In this document: positions 38,401 through 50,400 of the stretch, piece by piece | Layout of the letters: every line of letters starts with the position of its first letter | How positions within the stretch are numbered: position 1 is the first letter of the stretch | Origin: Octopus vulgaris | Taxonomy: Eukaryota | Length of the DNA: 64,000 nt | NCBI GenBank assembly: GCA_951406725.2 | Contig: OX597825.1 | Location: 58,218,001-58,282,000, forward strand | Direction: 5' to 3' | The notes under the pieces: model-generated | What the model saw: only the letters and a program-made list of their open reading frames with translations | What the model was told of the DNA's origin: nothing | Databases searched by the model: none | Translations under genes and position numbers: made by a program

Positions 38401-41400
38401 AAACTCCTCCCCCATCCCCCTACTTTCCTGACCTTGCACCCTCTAATTTTCACCTCTTCTCAGTCATGAAGTTGTTTTTGAAAGGAAAGCGTTTCCCAGA
38501 TGATGCAGCCTTGATTTCTGAAGTCACGTTCAGGCTGGAGGACCAAGCTGGGGTCTTCTACAAAAACGGTCTCCAGAGCTGCATCAAACAATGGGAGAAA
38601 TGCGTAACTCTGGGTGGTTCCTATGTAGAAAAAGACTAATAACTGTGCCAAGTTTCGTTGCTCTACTGCTATGGGAAGTGGGTCAGGGGCATTACTTATT
38701 GAACGCCCCTCGTATCCCATTGGCATCAGAGCAACAGAATTTGTATGAAATGGACAATTAATTGAACTATGCTTTATTGATATGGGAACTATTTAAACTC
38801 CAGAGACAAAAAGGATGAAGCTAACTACTGCAAAGGGTATGGTGCAGTTTTCTAACATTTCTATTATTCCACAGTTTTTTTAACAGTTATGAACCAAAAA
38901 TAGAGCTTCGATGTAGTCTCTCAGTTTGTTAAAAACAGCTGCCAAATGTCCCTCAAATCACAATTTAATTATGTTAAAAAAAAAAGGAAACATTGGATAA
39001 AGTAGTTGTAGATAAACTGAAAAATAAAGGTGAGATAGCTGCATGTTTGATCATAAGTCTACTGGATCAAGGTTGACCTGAGTGGGTTGCAAAAAACAAT
39101 AACAACTCTAACCTCAAACATCATCTGCTACTTCTCCTTCTGATGTTGGCAACATAAATTAACCTGAAAATTTCGATGGAAGTTTTTTTTTTAAATTTAG
39201 ATCATTTTAAAACACGAAGTTTGTGTCATAAAACCAAAGACAGTCTCAGGTGGTTTGGTACTAAAAAAAATTTAAGAAATTCAGAACATATAGAAGATAA
39301 ACAATAAACTACATAACTCACCTAACATTCCAGGCGGTGCTACACTCTGGATTAATCATTACCACAGCACGCGTGAGGGACAAGATTTCATGAGGTTCTG
39401 AAAAATAATAAAAATAATAATCCTTTCTACTAAAGCCGCAAGGCCTGAAATTTTGGGTGAGGGGGGGCTAGTCGAAAATTACAAGTCAGCTCTGACAGGA
39501 TTTGAACTCAAAACTCTATATACCATATCTGATGGCATAAAAGACATATGGGCATAATAGATGCCCTCCAATATCAGCAGAACATATTCTTTTGAACATA
39601 TTCAGGTAAAAAAGTTTCTTGTGCATTAAAGTAGGTGTTATAGGGCACAACTTTGTATGTAGGACCTGGGATTACTTTTTTTTGGAGATATTTTCAGGAG
39701 TAAAATGTGCATCATATATGCTATCAAATATTGTAATAAGTTTAGTGCTTCGTTAATGCATCAATTTTTATAATGATTTCATTGCTTACTGCAACATATT
39801 TATACTGCTCTATGTACCTATTTATAGATATGTAGGGAGTGTTGCTAGAGAACAGGGTCTTTTTTATTCACAGTCAGAGCACTGTGTCAACAACAAAGTT
39901 TGAATCAGAGGCTCTTTGTCAGTAGCTCTGGTATACTATCAACTTGACCCCAATTTATGGCTCTTGTTGCCTCAATTTATGCTTACACAATAAAAGTTCC
40001 CATCCCAATCAAATGAACATTAAGTTCATTCATCTGAAACACACATAAACTATACAAACCCTGGTCTAAAAGGTATTCTAAATAGAACATTTTATCAAGT
40101 ATTTTTTGAGTTTTATAACAAAGTTTGGTATAGCTTTCTCAAGGAATGTGAAAGAGTAAATTACTTTTTCAAAAATTTCACAAAAATGATGAATTAAATT
40201 TTTTGTTTAATGGTTTGATCTGGAGAGAAGGCCAGTGCTCAGCTCATGGACATTGCTAGCCCAATGAGACTGATGAAATTAATGTAGTGGATGTTGTTCT
40301 TGAATATCTATAACTCCATAACTGCAGGAAGGGATTTCACCCAGCTCAAATCATAAAGTAGACCTATGATCAAAGGTACTCTAGCTGCAGTATAATATAT
40401 TTATGACTCTACTACTCAATATGACCCTCCATTTTTAAAGATGTTAAAGTAAGATTTAAGGGAGATTTGGTTGTTATTTCTAGCAGGTTGAGTAAAGCAT
40501 GAGCACCTGCATATAAGCTCTATTGTTAGTTCTGAAAAATAACATTTATTTTAATGGGTTTAAAGTTTCCAAAGACTGAAGACTTTGCATCAAATTTTAA
40601 AGCATTAAACTGGTCAGAGACAGACATACTTAATTTTGGAAGGTGCTAGTAGTCTATACAGGATACATTCTTTTAATGTCTGGTGCCTATTGCCAAACAA
40701 CCAAGTGAACTAAAATCAGGAATCTGAGAGAAGAGGTGATGGACATTATCAGTAGTAGTTAGGAGAGTTTGGCAAGTGCAATTGCCATGAAGAGTATAGA
40801 ATCTAATATTTCAAACTAGTTTTCTGTCTGAGAGTGAAGAGGAAAGAGAGAGGGGGAATGAGAGGGAAAAGACGGGGGATAGGAAAAGAGGAGAGGTGGG
40901 AATGAGGGGGAGGAGAAAGGGGGGAGGGAAAGGAGATGAGGGAAAATGAAATGTTAGTTTACTTTTTTAATCTTATAGTCAGAAAGGAAGGCAGTGCTCA
41001 GGACCCTTCATAGAGGCCTTGAGAAGGGTGGGAGGAACCTCTTATCAAACCAAAGACCTGGTTTAAATACTTCTCACAGAGCAGACTCTGCTTAAAACAC
41101 CCAAGGACCAAGTAGTGATGTTAAACTGGGAAATGAATTACATCTACCACTTAGGTAGGCAACAGCAGGATTTGAACTAAGAACATAAAGAGCTGGAACA
41201 AACACCACAAGACATTCTGTCTCACAGTAATGAATCCATGAGTCAATCACCCAAGGCTGATAAATTGGCTTCATTCTTTAACCCTTTAGCATTTAAACTG
41301 GCCATATCCAGCCTAAATATTCTACCTGTTTTATGTTCAGCCATATGTAACCTCTCACATCTACCTTATAATGTCATTCCAAAAATATGCAATCACACGA

Positions 41401-44400
41401 TCAAAATCTTGAAGCTACATGATAATACATCATTAATTTAAAACAAAGTCGCTGAATACACATAACATTTGACAGAGTAATATGAGTGCTTAAAGGTTAA
41501 TCATCAAAACAACTTAATCAACTCTTTTATAACCTCTTATTAAAACATATAAAATTAACTATGATTGGTACCAGAAAATACATAGATGTTGGCAATATCA
41601 AGTTATGGATATATCTCTTCAGAGTGCTATATTTTGTCCATCAAGCTAGTCCACCAAATCATCATCATTGTTGTTTTTATATTTTTTCTGTGCTATCATA
41701 TGTTGAACAGGACTTTTGAAGCAGTATTTTATGACTGGATGCACTTCCAGATGATGCAGACCCCATCAGCCACTGCTTACAACACCCAAGGACAGTACAT
41801 CTATTCTAAAAACCAGGATACATACAATAATATACACTTTGTAAACATATTTTTCTAATAAACATTCTAATAAATAATATTACATTCCAGTAAGTTCACA
41901 CCGTCATGAATTCACAGCAGGGAAGTTCACCATCATCAATTCACCGCAGGGAAATTTCACTGTCATCAATTCACCACTTTTTCCCCCAATAAAATGGTTT
42001 TTAGCTATTAATAATGGTGCGATACTATGGATATATTTTCGTGGTGAATGGTGGTGTTTGTTCCAGCTCTTTATGTTCTTAGTTCAAACCCTGCTGTTGC
42101 CTACCTAAGTGGTAGATGTAATTCATTTCCCAGTTTAACATCACTACCTGGTCCTTGGGTATTTTAAGCAGAGTCTGCTCTGTAAGAAGCATTTAAACCA
42201 GGCTCCTCCCACCCTCCTCAAGGCCTTTATAAAGGGTCCTGAGCACTGCCTTCCTTTCTGACTATAAGATTAAAAAAGTAAACTAACATTTCATTTTCCT
42301 CCTTCACACCTGCAGTGAATTGATGGCAATGAACTTAACCTGTAATCAGAATATTATGCTTACAAAATAAAGAAAGAGAAATGCAATTTCATCCCAACAA
42401 AGAAAAACATAACCAAAAACACTATTATATCAATTAGTTAAGAAACACTACCAAAGCAAGCCTTGTGAAGGAAATATCTGTTCAGTAACACAATTACTAC
42501 TGAAAAGTACTGAGTGGCTGAGAGTAGAAACAACTTAGATTATTGCAAACCTTTAATTTTATCAGTAGCTTCTACTGCAGACAAAGTTCTCAATTATAGC
42601 TTATGTTGGCAATATATGTCCAATGGAGGCCACATAGTTTATTAAAAACCACTTGACAACAATATCCATGATGATGATGATGATGATGACAGGAGCAGTG
42701 AAATGGTTGAATGGTTTGAGCTGAGGTACTGGATACTCTGAGAGATAGTGAGATCATATGTCAGTGCAGGTAGTTTATAGTAGGTCACTTAATTTTACAT
42801 GCTTCGGTTTACTTGGCTAAGAGAACAGAGGCACCAGACCATGGTAATTACAACAGACTATGAGAGAGAGAGAGAGCGAGAGAGAGAGCTGCTTTCTTTT
42901 TGCTCAATGCCAGTGTATCTAAAGATAAGAATAAACTTAATAAGCTCTTATGCACTGTGGAAAAATTAGCCTAGAGTAAGCTAACAGATAATTCGGTTAT
43001 ATTAAATGTGTATTTAGTTTTGTTGTGTAAGGAAGTTGTTTATCAACAAAACAAAAACACTGCATTTTAGAGAATATTTTGTAAGAAACAGTAGTACTAG
43101 TGTCATAAATTAAATATCCTTTTCTCCATGCTTGTATAGGTTGGACACAATGTGTTGAGTCAGATTTTATAAAGCTGGATACCCATCCTGTTGCCAACCT
43201 TCGCCTGTTTCTAAGCAAGATAATATTCCTTGTAGTCAGACGTTCCCAATAAAGATTAGAAATAAAGGAAACCACTTGTATGACAGTAACACTCATTTAC
43301 AGTTACCATGTGATATCATGACAAAATGTGTCCATTTCTATAAGGTCTTTATGCACACTACCTTCAACCTTTTCAATATCAAACTCATCTGAAACTGCTG
43401 TTGGTTATATATATATATATATGATACAAGCTTCCTGCTCAGTGCGACCTAAAACTAATACTTACTTACCTTTAAAATTTCAAATCTATATAAGTTCTAA
43501 ATTCCAGCTTAATAAATTGGTAAATAATTTCATTAAAATTCATTACTTTCAAAATTAATTGAAATATTAGGTAATGTATTTTAACCAAAATATGAGAATA
43601 AAATGATTTATTATTGATAGTAAATCCTTTTTCATGGTTAGCGAACTTCAATAAACATATCAGGAATCACTATGAAGGCAGCTACTGCAGTGTACAAAGA
43701 GGCTATCAATATGGTGTAAGGAATGAAGTGGAAGCAAGGCTCTTTGAGTTCTATGATGCAAACCACTTAGCCATTTGTAGCACTAGCTTTAGGATACTGG
43801 CTATTCTTCTGATCACTTACCAATATGATGAACATGCAAGCCAGAAAGAGAATTCATACACACCAAGAAATGGGACAGACAGCTGGTTGTGAATACTAAG
43901 TCTTTCCCCAAGTGAAGAATATACCAATATAGATTAGTGATATTACAATAAGAGGTAAATGGATTCAGAAATACAAGACAATTTGTAGAAGAAAGGTAAG
44001 GAAGAAAGATTCCTTAGTCACATCGAAGTTTGAAGATATATTAAGTGAAACATACAAAAAGGAAGGAGATGAGAGGGAGTCTCAAAAACAAAACTAGGAG
44101 TTCCAGCTGTAAGCCAAAGACTAGATCTGTGGATGGTGCAAGGTTGCAGATTTGTGGAAAGTGATATGGTGGTGGAATAGTACAGTATGGGTGGGCAGCT
44201 GAAGACCTGGGCAACAATGATAAAGGAGGACCTCTCCGAACTCTCAGGTCTGCACAGATGGAACCGCGAATGGCTCACTGTCTCCAGTGACCTCACACAG
44301 GACCGTCGAGCGTGGGCCACCATGGTTCGTGATGCCATTAGGACCAAAGAAGAAAACGGCTCAACTCGCCCAGGGTGAACGCCGTCACAAGTACAAATAA

Positions 44401-47400
44401 TAGTACAGTAGACATAGGCACAGGCATGGCTGTCTGGTGAAGAAGTTTGCTTCCCAACTTCATAGTTTCAGGTTCAGTGCAGCACCTTGAGTAATTGTTT
44501 TTCTACTATAGTCCCAGGCCGACCAAAGCTTTGTGAGTGAATTTGGTAGGCACAAACTGAGACACTCATTGTGTGTGTATGTGTGTGTGTATGTGTCTCC
44601 CTGTTTCGACAAACTTTGAAGAAAATAGAGATAGTAACAAAAATGGAACCATACCAAGATATTTGGAATTGGCTTCTCTGTTCCGCCAAGCCAGGAGTTT
44701 TGTGTAGGCATGTTGGAAAAGAACTTTTACACTCCAAAACTCTATTCCAAGCTTGTGGCTAACAAGTGTCACCGGACTCCGATTCTGTGTGGCTTGATCA
44801 ACTGGCAGGTAGTCATATTCATCACTGAAAAAGAACAACAAGAATAATAATGGACACAAATTTTTGCACAAGGCCAGCAATTTTATGAAGAGAAGGATAG
44901 TGAATTACATCAACACTCCCAGCACATATTTTGTCTTTTTACATTAGTATCTCAAGCCCTGGGATTCATAGGGTTGTTACTTGGTTTCCAGAGAGTATAA
45001 ATGACCAAAATCACAACATTCCCCCTGAATGAGATACTAGTCCATCACAGGGTTACCCACTTACAGCTGAGTGGGCTGGAGCAACATGAAATGAAGTGTT
45101 TTGCTCAAGAATGCAACACACCACCCAGTCTGGTAATGAAAACTATGATCTTGTTATTGTGAGTGCAACATTCTAACACTTAGGCTCAGTACTTTCACTT
45201 GACTGGTACTTCACTGTATTGACCTTGAAAGGATGAAAGGCAAAATTGACCTTAGGAGAACTGGAACTATGAATGTAAAAGCAGAAGAAAGGCCTCTAAG
45301 CAGTTTATGCAATACGTTAATAAATCATATTTCTTTATTGCCCACAAGGGGCTAAACATAGAGGGGACCAACAAGAACAGACAAATGGATTAAGTCAATT
45401 ACATCAACTCCAGTGCATAACTGGTACTTAATATATTGACCCAGAAAGGATGAAAGGCAAAGTCGACCTTGGTGGAATTTGAACTCAGAACATAACGGCA
45501 GACGAAATACTGCTAAGCATTTCACCTGGCATACTAACGTTTCTGCCAGCTCACTATCTTCACAACAACACCACCAATAATAATAGATGCAATAGCAGGC
45601 AGTGGCTTTCTTGGCTTCTGATCGTAACTGATTGGAAGTGTTACCATGTACATGTTTTGCCCTGGCATAAAAGATGGGTTACAACAAATATTCTGCTCAA
45701 TACCACAGATTTGCTGGTCAGTTCTTTACCTTAACCAGTTGAGCATGTCCCTTAGTGGCTAACGATATGTACATCTCTGATCATGAGCAGAAGTAGTAGG
45801 GGAACATCATAGCCATGTGTTGAGAGGAATTCTTTGGGGTTTGAATACTTCACCTCAGGAGACATAATGTTTCATTTAACATCCTTAAAGAAATCTTATT
45901 CAAGGACCTTTTTTGAGCGAGATGAGCTTCTCGGCCTGAAGAAAATTCTAACTGGGCCCCAATGCAAGGACATGTGCTCTTCATCTTGATATGAGATCAC
46001 TATGTTGTGCACATATAGCTGTGATGCATGTGCCTGGTGTACCCTTATCAGATGTGTAGTCATGATGGGTGTATTGGGCTTCATATATTTGTACTCCAGA
46101 GTCACTTTGTTGGCATTCATTACTCTCTCACTCAATAATAGGAATGGTTTCAAATTTTGGCACAAGGCCAGCAAGTTCGGGGAGGTGTAAGTTCATTATA
46201 TTGACCCCAGTGCTCGACTTATACTTATTTTATCAACTCCAAATGACTAAGTTGACCTCGGCGGAATTTGAACTCAGAGCATAAAGACAGACAAAATGCC
46301 ATTAAGCATTTTGCCTGAATTGCTAACAATTCTGCCAGTTCACTGCCCTCACAATAATAATGATAATAATAATAATAATAATAAAGGTTTCAAATTTTGC
46401 CACAAGGGCAACCATTCTGGGGGAGGGGACATGTCGATTACATTGACCCTAGTGTTCAAATGGTACTTAATTTATTGACCCCAAACAGATGAAATGCAAA
46501 GCTGACCTCGGCGGAATTTGAACTCAGAACATAGCAGCAGACGAAATACCGCTAAGTATTTCACTAAGTATGCAAACAATTCTGCCAGCTCTCCACTTAT
46601 TTGATATTATTATTAATAATAATGGTTTCATTTCAGCACAAGGTATACAGTGTGCAAGATTTGAAGACAGTTCTTCAGAGCTCAAAGGATCCTTTCCATG
46701 AAATAAGATTCTGATTGAACACAGTTAACTAAAAGCATGGGTATTAATTTCTTATATTGGTTCAGGCCACCCATGTTGTGAATGGGTGCAAGCAATCAAA
46801 TCAAACTCCAGTACATAACAGGTACTTATTTAATGAGCCCAGGTGGTATTTGAACTCAAAATGGACAATGACTTAACTAAATACTTCATGGTATTTCATC
46901 TGGTATTCTATGAATTCTGCTTCCCAATATCCTAACAACATAGGTACATTTAGAGGTGGGTACAGTTTATTAAACTGACCCCACCAGTATTTAATTGGGT
47001 TTTTTAAAAACTTTTTTAGGAATTCCCAAATGCTGGAGCCTCCATGCAGTCACTCAAACTGTTAGAAATAGCAGATGGATTCTCATAAATCACATTCAAC
47101 AGTCTTAAAAATAAAAGGACACATCTGGCTAATGTAGTCTTAGATACACAAAACAGTAGGATGGTCATAGCTAGAATGTCTTAGCCTTGAGTTAAACAAC
47201 AAAGGAGGATAAAAGTAAAAGACTCCAACAAGATTTGATCTTAGAATGCAAAGTAACCTAGCAAAAATGCCATAACACATTCTGTCTGGTGCTCCCCTAA
47301 TTCTTCCATTCTATGTCCTAACAACAACTGCAATAATAATTGTTTCAAATTTAGACACAAAGTCAATTAAATCGACCCCTCCCCGCAATACTTGACTGGT

Positions 47401-50400
47401 ATTTTATTTTATCAAGACCTGAAGGTTGAAAGGGCAAGGTTGACCTTGGAAGGATGTGATCTCAGAATATAGAAAGCCAAACCAAATACCAAAAAGCATT
47501 TTGTCCAATGAGCTAATTATTCTGACAATCTACCACCCTAACAACTGCAATAAAAATTATTATTAGTCTTTCTAATTTAAGACAAAATGTCAGCAATTTT
47601 GAGGGGAGGGGGCAAGTCAATTACACTGACCCTAATACTTGACAGGTGTATTATTTTATTGACTCCAGAGAGATGGCTAAGTTGACCTCGGTGGGATTTG
47701 AACTCAGAACATAAAGAGTTATTAGTAATACTCTTATGCATTTTGTCCAATGTCGCAACAATTCTGACAGCTCACTGCCTTAATAATAATAATAATAATA
47801 ATCCTTTCTACTAGAGGCACAAGGCCTGAATTTTGTGGGAGGAGACTAGTCAATTTAATCGATCCCAGTGTTTCTGGTATTTAATTTATTGACCTCAATA
47901 GGATGAATGGCAAAGTTGACCTTGGCAGAATCTGAACTCAGAATGTGCAGACAGAGGAAACGCTGCTAAGTATTTTGCCTGGCATGGTAACAATTCTGCC
48001 AGCTCACCGCCATAATAATAATAATAAAGAAAAGCTATCGTTGACTCAAAATCAATTTTGATTTTATCACTATTAGTACTTATTTTATTTACCATACAAG
48101 AACAAAAGCTACAGTAAAAACTCAACAGGATTTAAGTTAAAAGTGCATAATTAAATGTCACATGAGATTTATAAATACATTTTTCACATGGCTATTGTTA
48201 CCACACTTCCTTAATTTTTATCTCTTTCCTTAAACACACATTCATGTTGTCATCTTTTATTATTATTATTTTTTTTTGTTTCATTTTTGTACTGTACAAT
48301 GCATTGGTTCCGCCATGCTTGCTGTGTTTCTTGACTTGTTTGGACTGTTTTTGTAACATGCTAGATTAGAAGAGATTTGTAACCAAGAGATTCTTGGAAG
48401 ATGGGAAAAGCACACAGTGAGGGGTAGTCCATGAGTTACACATGGTACAACCAATTCTGCCGTGAAGAAGAGACAAAGAGAGGAATTAATCAACCTAGGT
48501 ACTTGACCGATACATATTTACAATACAAAACTTCTTATTTAAAATATTCACAGTTTAATAAAAACTTCCCATTATACTCTTATGTGAAAATCTTTTCAAT
48601 ACATCATATTCCAAACCAGCAAATTGTAACAAAATTATTTTATAGAATCACTCTACAACTCTTTATTACTTTTCAAAACTAATTGAAGTACATATGTAGT
48701 GTGTTTTTGTTAGAAATATGATTAGAAATTAAAGAGCAATGGATTGGCAGAATTGGGAAAGCATTTGAAGGATGAAGGGCAAAGTTAACCTTGGAAGTAA
48801 TTGAACTCAGAATGCAAAAAAAAAAAACAGAATAATTACCACAACACATAAGTGCAACATTCTACAGATTCTGATAACTGATTGCCCAAGTGCTATCATA
48901 ATCTTTCAAAAACAATTATATCTTCCCTCACAAGGAATACAAACGTACAAATCTATGACAATAACTTTGCTGAACTCTCATTCATTTTCTTAATCCTTTT
49001 GTTCCTATATTTCTTTTGAAATACACTGCTTTTGTTTCAACAATTAATTCTAAAAACATTGTGAATTTAGTAAAACAATTTTGTATTATAAAACTGGTGC
49101 TTGGAACATAAATTAAAAAGAAATAGACCACTTTAACCCTTTTGTTACTGTATTTATTTTGAGATGCTCTGTGTTTCTTTCAATTACTTTAAATATATCA
49201 AAGAATTTAGTAAAATAACTTAGTCATCATTCACCTAGTATTAGGAACATAAATTGTGAGTAAGGTTTGGTGGAAGATTTTAATTCAAAACTTATGAAAA
49301 CACGACATTTGTACTGCCAGAGCCAGTTTCAACCAGGTTGATAATGAAAGTGTTAAAACAGGGAGTGTATATCATATAATGATATTAAAGTCATATAGTC
49401 ACACAAGAACACATTTTTTTCTTTCTTTTTTTGTGGAGAGTGGAAATTGATTAAACCAAGCCCAGAAATTGATTAGTATTTATATGTTTTAATGACTCTA
49501 GAAAGATAAAAGGCAAAGTCACTTTGGCTGGATATAAACTCCTAACATAGAATCACACAATAAAATACTCCAAGGTATATTGTCAAATGCTTTCCCAACT
49601 CTACCAATCCATTGCTCTTTAATTTCTAATCATATTTCTAGCAAAAACACACTACATATGTACTTCAATTAGTTTTGAAAAGTAATAAAGAGTTCTAGAG
49701 TGATTTTATAAAATAATTTTGTTACAATTTGCTGGTTTGGTATATGATGTATTGAAAAGATTTTCACATAAGAGTATAATGGGAAGTTTTTATTAAACTG
49801 TGAATATTTTAAATAAGTTTTGTATTGTAAAATCAAGAGTGAGTTGGTATTGAACAGTTTAATAACAACAGTTTATTTTGATTAATCACAAATGTCATTT
49901 TTAACAAACTCTCAATCTCAGATAGAGTCACTACATGTTTGATCATAGAATCAAAGATAGATTTACAAATGCTAAATTTTATTATTATAATTCTATTCAT
50001 AGTATAGCTACACATGTGGTTGTGTGGTAAAAAGATTGCTTCCCAACCACATGGTTCTAGGTTCAGTCCCACAGAGTAACACTTTGGGCAAGTGTCTTCT
50101 ACTATAGCCTCAGGCTGAAACAAAGCCTTTTGATTAGATTTGGTAGATGGAAACTGAAAGAAGCCCGTCATATATGTCAGTGGTTCCCAACCTGTGGTCC
50201 ATGAACCCCTGATGGTTCGTGAACTAAATTTAAAACTTCATATATATGTACGTACATTAGGATAAGCATATTAAAAGAGGTCCTTGGTAGTGAAAAGGTT
50301 GGGAACCACTGGTATATGTGTGAGTGTATGTCTTTGTGTCTGTATTTGTCCCTGCTCACCACTTAACAACCAGTGTTGGTCTGCTTACATCCCTGTAACT

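Noticed and set aside
41892-41976. Three ~30-bp direct repeats, superficially CRISPR-like
   Set aside because: No unique spacers, eukaryotic context, and mirrored at 42309-42337 as the other end of a TIR element.
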